DNA of 64,000 nt. It comes from Flavobacteriales bacterium (GTDB taxonomy: Bacteria; Bacteroidota; Bacteroidia; Flavobacteriales_D; Sanyastnellaceae). Below, piece after piece: positions 19,199 to 27,180 of this stretch. The first letter of the stretch is position 1; the number at the start of each line of letters is the position of its first letter. Under the pieces are notes generated by a model that was not told where the DNA came from, ran no database searches, and saw only the letters and a program-made list of their open reading frames with translations. The position numbers were made by a program, and so were the translations under genes. The stretch lies in the NCBI GenBank assembly GCA_047636995.1, contig JBLIGQ010000012.1, forward strand, positions 5,797-69,796, in the 5' to 3' direction.

Positions 19199-20279
19199 CC
19201 ACGTCTAAAAATTTTCTTCCACTAATTCTATCATTCCCAAGAAGGATCATTCGTACCACTTGTGCTACTACTCCTGCTCCCATTGTCACTTCTGAGGCTA
19301 ACTGGGGCCAACGACTAATTGTCTTTCCCATTTCACTCAAAGAAACTTTCATCCGATCAGACAGTTCATCAAGACGCATGAGTTTCATCATGGTTTCCTG
19401 TGTCCATTCGCCGGTCTCCACCAAATGTAGGCATTCGTCATCAGTAAAGCGGCCGTGTAAGATTCCAATACTTGTATCTAGATCAAATCTCTCAACATCT
19501 AGCATTCCCCTATCAGAAGTCTCCATCACCACAGGAATGCCTAACGACCTGGCTTTCAATCTTGCAAGTATCTTTATTCGGATGTTATCACATTCTTCCA
19601 CTAGCACATCAAGTTGACTCCCATTGGTCGATAAAAATTCATCAATATTTTCATCTGTCACCCCTTGATCAAAAATCGTCACTTGAATGAAGGGGTCAAC
19701 TTCAGAAATTTCGCGTGCCACAATGGTCGTTTTCAAAAGACTGAGATTCGTCACCCCCGACCGCAGTCGATTGAGATTCGACAAATCAAGCCGATCTAGA
19801 TCAGCGATTCTAAGCTCCCCACCGATGCATTCCATCGCTAGAGCCATTGCCACACCCGAACCAACAGACATGCCTATGATTCCTATTGAAGCCTTTGCGA
19901 GTATCGCTTGTTCTTCTTTGTTAATCTTCAGCATGTTTCGGTTTGTTCTCACTTCACGAAACTCCTCTTCACCGAGTAAATGAACAAGCGCATTTCGCCA
20001 TGAATAGTACACCCAAATTCCATAGGCCTCAGGATGCTCACCCAATCTTGCGCGAACAGCCAGCTGAAATTCACTTTGGCTCCAACCGGAAGATGGTTGT
20101 CTGAGTTTGAAGAGTTCTTCGAGCTGTGCCTCAATTGTATCAAGAATCACCGGTTTTTCCGCCTCAATAAGCTGACCGATCCGCACCGCGTCCTGTTCCT
20201 TGGCTAAATTAAATATTTCGGGAAAGCAATTTTCATCTACTAGCGCAATTGTATCTGAAGGTAACAGTTCACTCAGCAT
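19179..20279 (-). CDS. ThiF/MoeB-type E1-like adenylyltransferase with Rv1355c-type N-terminal extension
   Basis: Nucleotide-binding block IGIIGMSVGSGVAMALAMECIGGELRIADLDRLDLSNLNRL. VEECDNIRIKILARL (the DN..R motif). The N-terminal ~130 aa contain WVYYSWRNALVHLL..F.EVRTNRN, as in Rv1355c/MoeY-like proteins. No CxxC zinc pairs, rhodanese domain or nitroreductase domain. Confidence 0.75.
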   Translation of the reverse strand: MLSELLPSDTIALVDENCFPEIFNLAKEQDAVRIGQLIEAEKPVILDTIEAQLEELFKLRQPSSGWSQSEFQLAVRARLGEHPEAYGIWVYYSWRNALVHLLGEEEFREVRTNRNMLKINKEEQAILAKASIGIIGMSVGSGVAMALAMECIGGELRIADLDRLDLSNLNRLRSGVTNLSLLKTTIVAREISEVDPFIQVTIFDQGVTDENIDEFLSTNGSQLDVLVEECDNIRIKILARLKARSLGIPVVMETSDRGMLDVERFDLDTSIGILHGRFTDDECLHLVETGEWTQETMMKLMRLDELSDRMKVSLSEMGKTISRWPQLASEVTMGAGVVAQVVRMILLGNDRISGRKFLDVDEFFMD

Positions 20280-20402
20280 TTGAGATACGGTTTAGGTTAT
20301 TCGTTTCTAAAGTTGGTAAAATTTGGTGTCATTATTAAACTTTATTATTAAAACCTTTCATCCTATTGAAACCAATCATATTTCTCTGCGTATACCTCAT
20401 TT

Positions 20403-20867
20403 ATGAAGGCAATGGAAAACAATAGATTAATCGTGCTAGCTCCTCACAAATCAAGCATAACCAATGAGATCTTAAAGCCACAGCTTTTTGATGTCCGCAT
20501 CTACAGAACGGCAGAAGATGCCTGGTGCTTAGCAGAGAAAGAGCATATTTCTCTTTTCATTAGTTATGAAAAATTCATTCTCGGTTCGCCTGCCGGGTTT
20601 ATTCCTGCGTTGTTTGGCCTTCATCCAGAATTAGTTCACCTCTTTTTCTATTCAGACATCACAGTTGAAGAACTCGCAACTTTAGTAAACGCTTCTTCAA
20701 ACATTCATTTAGCCACTATTAATGCGCCAAAAAAAGCGCTCTTAAAAGCTGCAGATGAGGCAATGGAAAGCTATTTGAAAGGCGCTCAAAAATCTCAAAT
20801 AATTACTGAATTGACAGAGCAAAATGAGCAATATGAGTTTATGCTCAGACAATCGATGCTCTCATAA
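20403..20867 (+). CDS. Pseudo-receiver (REC-like fold lacking phospho-acceptor residues) with C-terminal coiled coil
   Basis: Alternating beta/alpha pattern like CheY: RLIVLAPHKS, ISLFISYEKF, LFFYSD, INAPKK. The acidic pair and the acceptor Asp are replaced. Confidence 0.5.
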   Translation: MKAMENNRLIVLAPHKSSITNEILKPQLFDVRIYRTAEDAWCLAEKEHISLFISYEKFILGSPAGFIPALFGLHPELVHLFFYSDITVEELATLVNASSNIHLATINAPKKALLKAADEAMESYLKGAQKSQIITELTEQNEQYEFMLRQSMLS

Positions 20868-20937
20868 ATCCTAGGATTGAAAATTAAGTTTGCATTCTGT
20901 AGAGAATGGCTATATTTTTACTAGCAAGAGCTAGACA

Positions 20938-21903
20938 ATGAATCCTATTTTATTTCCAGACCGTATAAACTGGTCTTATCAACCTTCAACTAGAAACTTC
21001 CTTTTTCTTTGTGAGTTTGGTCATTCACTGAAAGATGCATTTATTTCTGTGGATGAATTTGATGATTGGTTCGGACAAGCAACAGGAATACACCGATTAA
21101 ATGGAGATGCAGGTTCCTTCTTCCAAGTAATAGGAGCGAATGACCCTGCTGATTTCAAAGCGAACCTTCTTATCCTTTCGAGAGGGATTATTCTCCAATC
21201 AAGCCCTTTAACGGTGGCTGGATCTTCTGCTTTCAAAACACCAGAAACCATTGAAAGCATTGCAGATGTGGACAGAGCAAAATTGATTGCTGTATTGAGC
21301 TTATATGACAATAATGCCGCTAAGAATGTCACCCATGCTTTAAAGGCCCCTGTAAATAGAATTAAAGGAATAGCTCAGATTCTAAGATCTGAATTTACTG
21401 AATCTCCAGAACAAGAATTACTCATCAAATACCTTTCTCAAACGTCAGAAAAACTCGGTGTTATTGTTGATCACATTCTAAGAGACGGCGAGCTTTACAC
21501 CGAAAATGTAAAGATTGACTCTGTTGTTCTTTCCGCATTGCATGTGGCTAAGCGAATCAATGACCGCCCTATAAGCTCAAATGTTAATGTTCCTGAAGTG
21601 CAACTCTCCCCTGCTTATGCTTCTGTACTGGAGCGCGTAATAATAGAATTGCTTTCTATTAACCAGCCGTTGTTTTCCCACGGCTGTTCATTAGACATCT
21701 CTGTACTGAGCACTACCGGAATTACCTTGCGAATTAATCACCATTTCCCAGCTGGAAAAATGGAATTAGAGAAGGGGAAACTAATCGAAGAGAATTCGAT
21801 TCCTGCAGGCGTCAATGAATTAATGCTTCGATGGGAAAAATCTACCTTTATTACAGCAACAGAAATAGATGCCTGGTCTTACAGTTTTTACCTCCCTCTT
21901 TAA
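20938..21903 (+). CDS. Histidine-kinase-like protein with HisKA-type H-box but no recognisable ATPase boxes
   Basis: NVTHALKAPVNRIKGIAQILR resembles an H-box/dimerisation helix. The C-terminal ~130 aa lack N, G1 and G2 motifs. The N-terminal ~120 aa are unassigned. Confidence 0.5.
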   Translation: MNPILFPDRINWSYQPSTRNFLFLCEFGHSLKDAFISVDEFDDWFGQATGIHRLNGDAGSFFQVIGANDPADFKANLLILSRGIILQSSPLTVAGSSAFKTPETIESIADVDRAKLIAVLSLYDNNAAKNVTHALKAPVNRIKGIAQILRSEFTESPEQELLIKYLSQTSEKLGVIVDHILRDGELYTENVKIDSVVLSALHVAKRINDRPISSNVNVPEVQLSPAYASVLERVIIELLSINQPLFSHGCSLDISVLSTTGITLRINHHFPAGKMELEKGKLIEENSIPAGVNELMLRWEKSTFITATEIDAWSYSFYLPL

Positions 21904-22445
21904 TTCAAGGAAACATCCATTGTTCCTAATTTCATCTTTCGATAATGATTCGCTAGCAAAGCCATGAGGTGCTGAAATGATTTCATCGCTCCCAACGTGT
22001 CAGGAGAAATTTCTTTTTTCTGGAGACGTAAGTTCAACAGTCCGTAAAGAGCAGTAATCGACGCTTCCACAGGATTCATTCCAGAGTTGCCCGCACGCTC
22101 AAGAAAGGCGCTTAGGTTGGGCTCTGCCGCGTCAAAAGAAGCGATATACATCTTATCTTTTGTAATGCTAATGAGCGAATGGTGGAGGTAACTCATCTCA
22201 ATTAACAACTCACCAACCTCAGAAACATGTCCTTTTTGCTGCACCTTCTGAGATTTCATCTGCTGAATTAATTCAGCAAACCATGAAAGCTCTGAGTCAA
22301 TATCAAGCTCTTGCCCACTCGAGTCCAAAAATGCGCGAATGGCAGCCAGATCAAGTTTTGCAGCGCGCACCAAATCCTCCATTTGCCAGAGGTAAATGAT
22401 ATACTCTACTATATTCTCTTCCTTCTTTTGGCTCGCAATGGTCAT
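21900..22445 (-). CDS. Conserved Bacteroidota hypothetical protein (DUF4924-like)
   Basis: The N-terminus NIVEYIIYLWQMEDLVRAAKLD matches my memory of the DUF4924 signature. All-helical, 181 aa. Confidence 0.45.
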   Translation of the reverse strand: MTIASQKKEENIVEYIIYLWQMEDLVRAAKLDLAAIRAFLDSSGQELDIDSELSWFAELIQQMKSQKVQQKGHVSEVGELLIEMSYLHHSLISITKDKMYIASFDAAEPNLSAFLERAGNSGMNPVEASITALYGLLNLRLQKKEISPDTLGAMKSFQHLMALLANHYRKMKLGTMDVSLN

Positions 22446-23080
22446 TTTTCTTCAGTTTGAGGTGCCATCTCCAATGCATACTCCATATTAAGTTGATTCA
22501 CCACACCTTTGGTAATATCAAAAGGCGCTTGACCATAAAGAACACCTTCACGTGAAAAACCCCAATTCAAGATAAGGTCAATCTCGTTTTCTTTCGCGTA
22601 GCGCTCTAAAAACTCACTCAAGCGATCAGCTATTTCTTGTTGAAATACGGCTTCCTTTCGTGCCAAATTCTCTTGTTCTCCTTGTTGAGCGCTCTGAAGC
22701 TCTTGTTCCAATTGCATCAACCTTTGCTGCGCAACGGCCATATCGCTCTCAGTAGCACTTCCACTCTGCACGTACTGCACAAGCTCAGTGTATTCTTTCT
22801 CAGCTGCTTTTAATTGACGGCCAAGTTTGTTTTCGCTCACACGTGAATAGCTAATGAGCTCATCTTCCTTATCAAGGATGAATTTGTATTGCAAATTCAA
22901 GCTATCACCTCTTACGAAACCAATTCTAGGGATGTGGTTTTCATCATTTATAGTGACCTCATCAGATTGAAGAGCCTCCATTTCATTTGTCACCTCATGA
23001 GCCTCTTTTGAAGAGACAATGTTAAAGATGCCCAATCCGAGCGCTACGAAAGCCACTCCTAATGCAATTTTCTGAATCAT
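22442..23080 (-). CDS. OmpH/Skp-like periplasmic chaperone
   Basis: N-terminal anchor or signal sequence, followed by a long Q/E/L-rich coiled region (QQRLMQLEQELQSAQQGEQENLARKEAVFQQEI) typical of the OmpH family. Confidence 0.65.
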   Translation of the reverse strand: MIQKIALGVAFVALGLGIFNIVSSKEAHEVTNEMEALQSDEVTINDENHIPRIGFVRGDSLNLQYKFILDKEDELISYSRVSENKLGRQLKAAEKEYTELVQYVQSGSATESDMAVAQQRLMQLEQELQSAQQGEQENLARKEAVFQQEIADRLSEFLERYAKENEIDLILNWGFSREGVLYGQAPFDITKGVVNQLNMEYALEMAPQTEEK

Positions 23081-23081
23081 T

Positions 23082-23330
23082 TTATCCGTTTTGAAGATTA
23101 TTCCATGCGTCAGTAAACCCGCTGCGCATTGTTACAAATCTTTTTAATACTTCCGCATCGAAGTCGGGCGTCAACATTTTTCGAATGTCGTCAACCCCCA
23201 TCACATCTGTCTGTCCAATTTTAAACGTTTGCTCAAATTGCCCCACTTCATATTTGATGTGGTACTTTTCGTTCCAAGCAAAAATAGTGATCTTCATCAC
23301 TTTATGAGGGATTTCGGCAATTATGCGCAT
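23082..23330 (-). CDS. Small hypothetical protein
   Basis: 82-aa ORF lying 1 nt upstream of the OmpH-like gene on the same strand. No motif recognised. Confidence 0.5.
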   Translation of the reverse strand: MRIIAEIPHKVMKITIFAWNEKYHIKYEVGQFEQTFKIGQTDVMGVDDIRKMLTPDFDAEVLKRFVTMRSGFTDAWNNLQNG

Positions 23331-23371
23331 AATTCAAATTTCGGCAAAGATAACAACTACATTGAGGAAGA

Positions 23372-24292
23372 ATGAAAGAACGGCGTTTTATGCATCAAAG
23401 TGTGTCAAATTTGGCATGGGCTATGAGAAGTGCGCCTTTGATGTTAGCTCAACCAAAGTCACCCTATACAACACTTGATGAAAACTGGTTCGCTGCAAAC
23501 TACGAGCTCCACGAAGAGTGGATCTGGCGATTGGACGCGGATCCTAAGCCGCTAGATGATTTTTTAAGGAGTGAATATAGACTTCCTCTAGGTAAGAAGT
23601 TTGAACGGCTTATTGAGTTTTGGCTGCGCGAAAGTGAACACTTTGAACTCTTAGCAAATAACGTTCAGCTTTCAGAAGGAAAAGAAACGGTGGGCGAAAT
23701 CGATTTCATTTTCAAAGATGCGGCCTCTAGAGACGTTTTCCACATGGAAGTGGCTTGCAAATTCTATTTGTGCTCTAATAAAAGCAAAGCTTGGCACCAC
23801 TGGATTGGACCGAATGGCAATGACAATCTAGCGTTGAAAATGAACAAGTTAACTAAACAGCTTGCCATCACTTCTTCGCCTGCAGGCAAACGTTATTTGG
23901 ACGAAAACAAAATAGTTGAACCCAAGCCGGTGCTCTTCATGAAAGGCTTGTTTTTCCATCATTACCAAGATTTATTTCATTCAAATTCACCAATTTTTAG
24001 CGCCAAAAATTATGGGACTGGGTGGTGGGTTCGCTTGGCTGAGTTAGATCACTTCTTTGCATCAGATGGCACCTGGATGGTTCTTCAAAAATCTGATTGG
24101 CTCTCGAATTACGAAACGAGTTTCGGCACAAACGAAATTTATGAAAGCTACCAGATGAAGGCAATATGTCATGAGCTCATTGCCAAATACAAGCGGTCAA
24201 TCACCGTTATTCAGTTATTCCCTAGCGAGGTAGGCTATTCGGAGGGTTCCCGCGGATTTGTTGTCCCAAACCACTGGCCAGATAAACGTTAA
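23372..24292 (+). CDS. DUF1853 family protein (putative PD-(D/E)xK-like nuclease fold)
   Basis: GEIDFIFKD....FHMEVACKFYL is the conserved acidic/Lys core I associate with DUF1853. The start could be Met at 23390. Confidence 0.55.
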   Translation: MKERRFMHQSVSNLAWAMRSAPLMLAQPKSPYTTLDENWFAANYELHEEWIWRLDADPKPLDDFLRSEYRLPLGKKFERLIEFWLRESEHFELLANNVQLSEGKETVGEIDFIFKDAASRDVFHMEVACKFYLCSNKSKAWHHWIGPNGNDNLALKMNKLTKQLAITSSPAGKRYLDENKIVEPKPVLFMKGLFFHHYQDLFHSNSPIFSAKNYGTGWWVRLAELDHFFASDGTWMVLQKSDWLSNYETSFGTNEIYESYQMKAICHELIAKYKRSITVIQLFPSEVGYSEGSRGFVVPNHWPDKR

Positions 24293-25050
24293 CTGTCTAA
24301 CCAGTCCTTGAAAGCGGCAGTTCGTTCTCTAGCGACCACAATCATTTCCTCTTCTAGACCTTGGATTTCCAGACGCAGCCTGCTATTGCTCCATGATGTG
24401 ATTTCACCAATGGCTGCCGTTGAAATTATAAATTTCCGATTGATTCGAAAGAAAATTTTCGGGTCCAGCTGAGGCTCCATGGCCTCTAAAGACTTATCAA
24501 TGGGATAACTGCGGTGATCTTTAGTGAACAAACAGGTGATTTTATCTTCGCTATAAAACCCAAGGACATCATCAATGGGGAAGAACTTGAGCTTATCTCC
24601 TACCTTAATAAGGAAGCGATCTTTGAACGCCCTCTGCTCAAATTGAAGCTTCGCGAGCAATCCTGTTAAATCAAAATCAGGACTCTTGAACATGCGTTCT
24701 TCAAGTTTAACAACTGCGCTCAGCAGGTCTTCTTCATTGGAGGGTTTGAGCAGATAATCTATGCTCAAATGATTGAACGAACGAATGGCGTAGTGGTCAT
24801 AAGCTGTCAGAAACACGATAGGCAACTTAGTCTTAGCATGCTCAAACGCCTCAAAACTCAATCCATCTGCAAGCTGAATATCAGCAAAAACAGCGTCTGC
24901 ATCAGCATGCTGACCAAGCACATCAATGGCACTCGTAACAGAGTCTGCGTAAGCCACGACCTTCCATTCTGGACGAACCGAAGTCAGCAGCCGCTCCAAT
25001 CGTTTTACAGCCCTAGGCTCATCTTCTATGATGATAATTCTCTTGCTCAT
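24289..25050 (-). CDS. LytR/AlgR family response regulator (REC + LytTR DNA-binding domain)
   Basis: IIIIEDEP, FADIQLADG, VFLTAY and LLKP in the receiver. C-terminal LytTR pattern (FLIKVGDKLKFFPIDDVLGFYSEDK...FFRINRKFII). Confidence 0.9.
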   Translation of the reverse strand: MSKRIIIIEDEPRAVKRLERLLTSVRPEWKVVAYADSVTSAIDVLGQHADADAVFADIQLADGLSFEAFEHAKTKLPIVFLTAYDHYAIRSFNHLSIDYLLKPSNEEDLLSAVVKLEERMFKSPDFDLTGLLAKLQFEQRAFKDRFLIKVGDKLKFFPIDDVLGFYSEDKITCLFTKDHRSYPIDKSLEAMEPQLDPKIFFRINRKFIISTAAIGEITSWSNSRLRLEIQGLEEEMIVVARERTAAFKDWLDS

Positions 25051-26108
25051 TTCTCTGTATTTTGAATGCGAATGAAAGGAACTTCAACACTAAAAAAGCC
25101 ATCAGCATCTTTCACTACCACCTGTTGATCACTTAACACTTGGTATCTATTTTTAAGGAAGGTCAACCCCAAATTCGTAGATTTTTCTACTTGCCTTTTC
25201 AACTGAATTTGATTCTCCATTCGAACAGCCCTTTCCATAAAAATGAGACTCACCTTTAAGGGCTGCGCCGAAGACACTACATTGTGTTTAACGGCATTTT
25301 CTAGGAGGAGCTGCAAGGCCATTGGAACAATAAACAAGTCACCTTTGTGTGATTCCATTCCCGAAATCTCAAATTCAAAGTTTGAGCTAAATCGCTCTTT
25401 GAGCAATGCTGCAAAGGTTTTCAAAAATTCAACCTCTTCATCAATCGGCACCACTTCCTTGTCTCTGCTATCAAGCACATACCGATAAACATCGCTTAGT
25501 TTTCGGATGAATCGAACGGCTTGATCTTGGTTTTCGTAGACCAATTCAGAAAGCACATTCAAACTATTGAAAAGAAAATGCGGATTCATTTGATTCCGAA
25601 GCGTTGCATATTGCTGGGCAACGACTTCATTTTTCAATTTTTCTGAGTTTACTGCTGCTTCTCGCCAGCCGCGGAAAAAACCAATCGCCGTCATGATTGT
25701 TGAAATAACGATTGAGACAATGACTGCAATTCTTCCTGTTCTAAAGAACCGATTCCAGAACTCAGCACCTGTAAAGAAGTCTTCTTTATTGTACCCAAAA
25801 ACGAAGTATTCAAAGGAGAGCTGAACAATCTGAAATGCGGTAAAAGAAAAAAGAACTAAAACCAAAAAACCAATTAAGAGACGTTTCCAAGGGTGTGTCA
25901 GCCATGAAATTCTAGTATCTAATTTCTCAATGAGGTATCCATTCCCGATTGACTGGGTGAAAAAGATCGCCATGGACCAAGACGTCAGGAGAAAGAACAT
26001 GCGAGGTGAATCAAAAATTCGCCCTGATGAAAAAATGTATCCTGCAATAATTGAGATTACTGCTACAATAGCATAATAAACACCCTTTCTGATTCCCTTA
26101 GTTCTCAT
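25047..26108 (-). CDS. LytS/YehU-type sensor histidine kinase
   Basis: Four N-terminal TM helices. His_kinase block LRNQMNPHFLFNSLNVLSELV. GHKL N-box LLENAVKHN. Confidence 0.85.
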   Translation of the reverse strand: MRTKGIRKGVYYAIVAVISIIAGYIFSSGRIFDSPRMFFLLTSWSMAIFFTQSIGNGYLIEKLDTRISWLTHPWKRLLIGFLVLVLFSFTAFQIVQLSFEYFVFGYNKEDFFTGAEFWNRFFRTGRIAVIVSIVISTIMTAIGFFRGWREAAVNSEKLKNEVVAQQYATLRNQMNPHFLFNSLNVLSELVYENQDQAVRFIRKLSDVYRYVLDSRDKEVVPIDEEVEFLKTFAALLKERFSSNFEFEISGMESHKGDLFIVPMALQLLLENAVKHNVVSSAQPLKVSLIFMERAVRMENQIQLKRQVEKSTNLGLTFLKNRYQVLSDQQVVVKDADGFFSVEVPFIRIQNTEK

Positions 26109-26370
26109 CTTCCTTCATCAATTTATCTATGCGCTTCTTTTCCCACTTCGCCCCAAAAATGAAGGTAAATCCGAAGGTTGAAGAAAAATGTGCTACTATT
26201 CCGACTCCCCATCCTAATGCGGGCCAGCACCACCACTGTTCGCTTGATGTTAATTGGTTCAAGATAAACAGCCCAAGAATAACCAAGCAATAGGTTGTAA
26301 GGTGACTATAAAAGCCTTTTTCTTTCTGAACACGCTTTTCAGCCCACGCTCTTTTCTCTGAATTTTCCAT
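26098..26370 (-). CDS. 2TM domain-containing small membrane protein
   Basis: KGFYSHLTTYCLVILGLFILN....GWGVGIVAHFSSTFGF: two TM helices in the 2TM-family arrangement. It overlaps the kinase gene by 11 nt. Confidence 0.65.
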   Translation of the reverse strand: MENSEKRAWAEKRVQKEKGFYSHLTTYCLVILGLFILNQLTSSEQWWCWPALGWGVGIVAHFSSTFGFTFIFGAKWEKKRIDKLMKEDEN

Positions 26371-26399
26371 TTTATTTCCCGTTTGAGTTAGACCCTATT

Positions 26400-27026
26400 T
26401 TACTTACAGTTTGCTGTGATGCTTTCCAAAAGCGTTTCGCCCCAGGTCGGACTCCATTCTGTTTGTATTTTGAAATCCCCAAAGGTTGAAAGCACTTCTG
26501 CTGCATCAGCGCAGATGGGTGCTAAATCACCTCCTGTGTATTGAGCGATGCCCATGTTGTTTCTGATTTTCAAACACTTCGCACGCGGGTTGGCCGGTGA
26601 AATGCCCAATGCTTGCTGAGTGCATGCCTCTATTTGCGGACTAATTGAGGCTGCTCTTCGCATGTCTAACATCAAGGTTGCACTGTAATATAGGGCTTTG
26701 AGTGTCCAAATTTCAGCATTCCCTTCCCACTTTTTCAGCATGAGGTCAATTTGAACCTCAGCCCTATTTAAATAACCTTCTTTCTCACCAAACTCAACGG
26801 CATCAAACCCGGCTGTCACCAGACAAAATGATTCATAGTAAGCCGGCTCCCACTGATCTGAATGCGCTTGTGAAATTTGCCCAAACAAGTTCGAAGCGAG
26901 CACGAACTCTTTTACTGACTGAGCAGACTCATATTTACTCATCGCTTGTGACATCTTTGAGGAGAATGAGTTTGCCAATGTAAAGAGCGGTAGAGAGACT
27001 AATAATATTGCGATTAACTTTTTCAT
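26400..27026 (-). CDS. Secreted hypothetical protein
   Basis: Signal peptide MKKLIAILLVSLPLFTLANS from the internal ATG at 27026. Helical repeat-like body. No family recognised. Confidence 0.55.
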   Translation of the reverse strand: MKKLIAILLVSLPLFTLANSFSSKMSQAMSKYESAQSVKEFVLASNLFGQISQAHSDQWEPAYYESFCLVTAGFDAVEFGEKEGYLNRAEVQIDLMLKKWEGNAEIWTLKALYYSATLMLDMRRAASISPQIEACTQQALGISPANPRAKCLKIRNNMGIAQYTGGDLAPICADAAEVLSTFGDFKIQTEWSPTWGETLLESITANCK

Positions 27027-27180
27027 AATTGTTGTTATTTTTGGTTGTTTGATTGTGCAATATGGAATCAAGCATTCATTACCGGAATTCAGATCTACTG
27101 AACTGTAAGATTCTTCTTCTGAATTGTAACTCATTCCTCCAGGGCATTAAACCTTTACACATTTTAAAAGTCGAATAAGG

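Noticed and set aside
19186-19617. Long antisense or alternative-frame ORFs lie inside large genes (e.g. 19186-19617, 34989-35384, 36000-36461, 38766-39143, 59056-59496, 61562-61921, 63238-63633).
   Set aside because: Each lies fully within a well-supported CDS. They have low-complexity Ser/Arg/Pro-rich composition typical of shadow frames. The two in the paralogues are conserved only because the DNA itself is duplicated.
18452-20402. The E1-like plus GNAT pair might be a microcin C-like (MccB/MccE) cluster.
   Set aside because: No short precursor ORF ending in Asn lies upstream. The only mini-ORFs in 20280-20402 (e.g. MKGFNNKV) do not fit and overlap the divergent promoter. No MccC/MccF-type genes are adjacent. 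I keep it only as a remote analogy.
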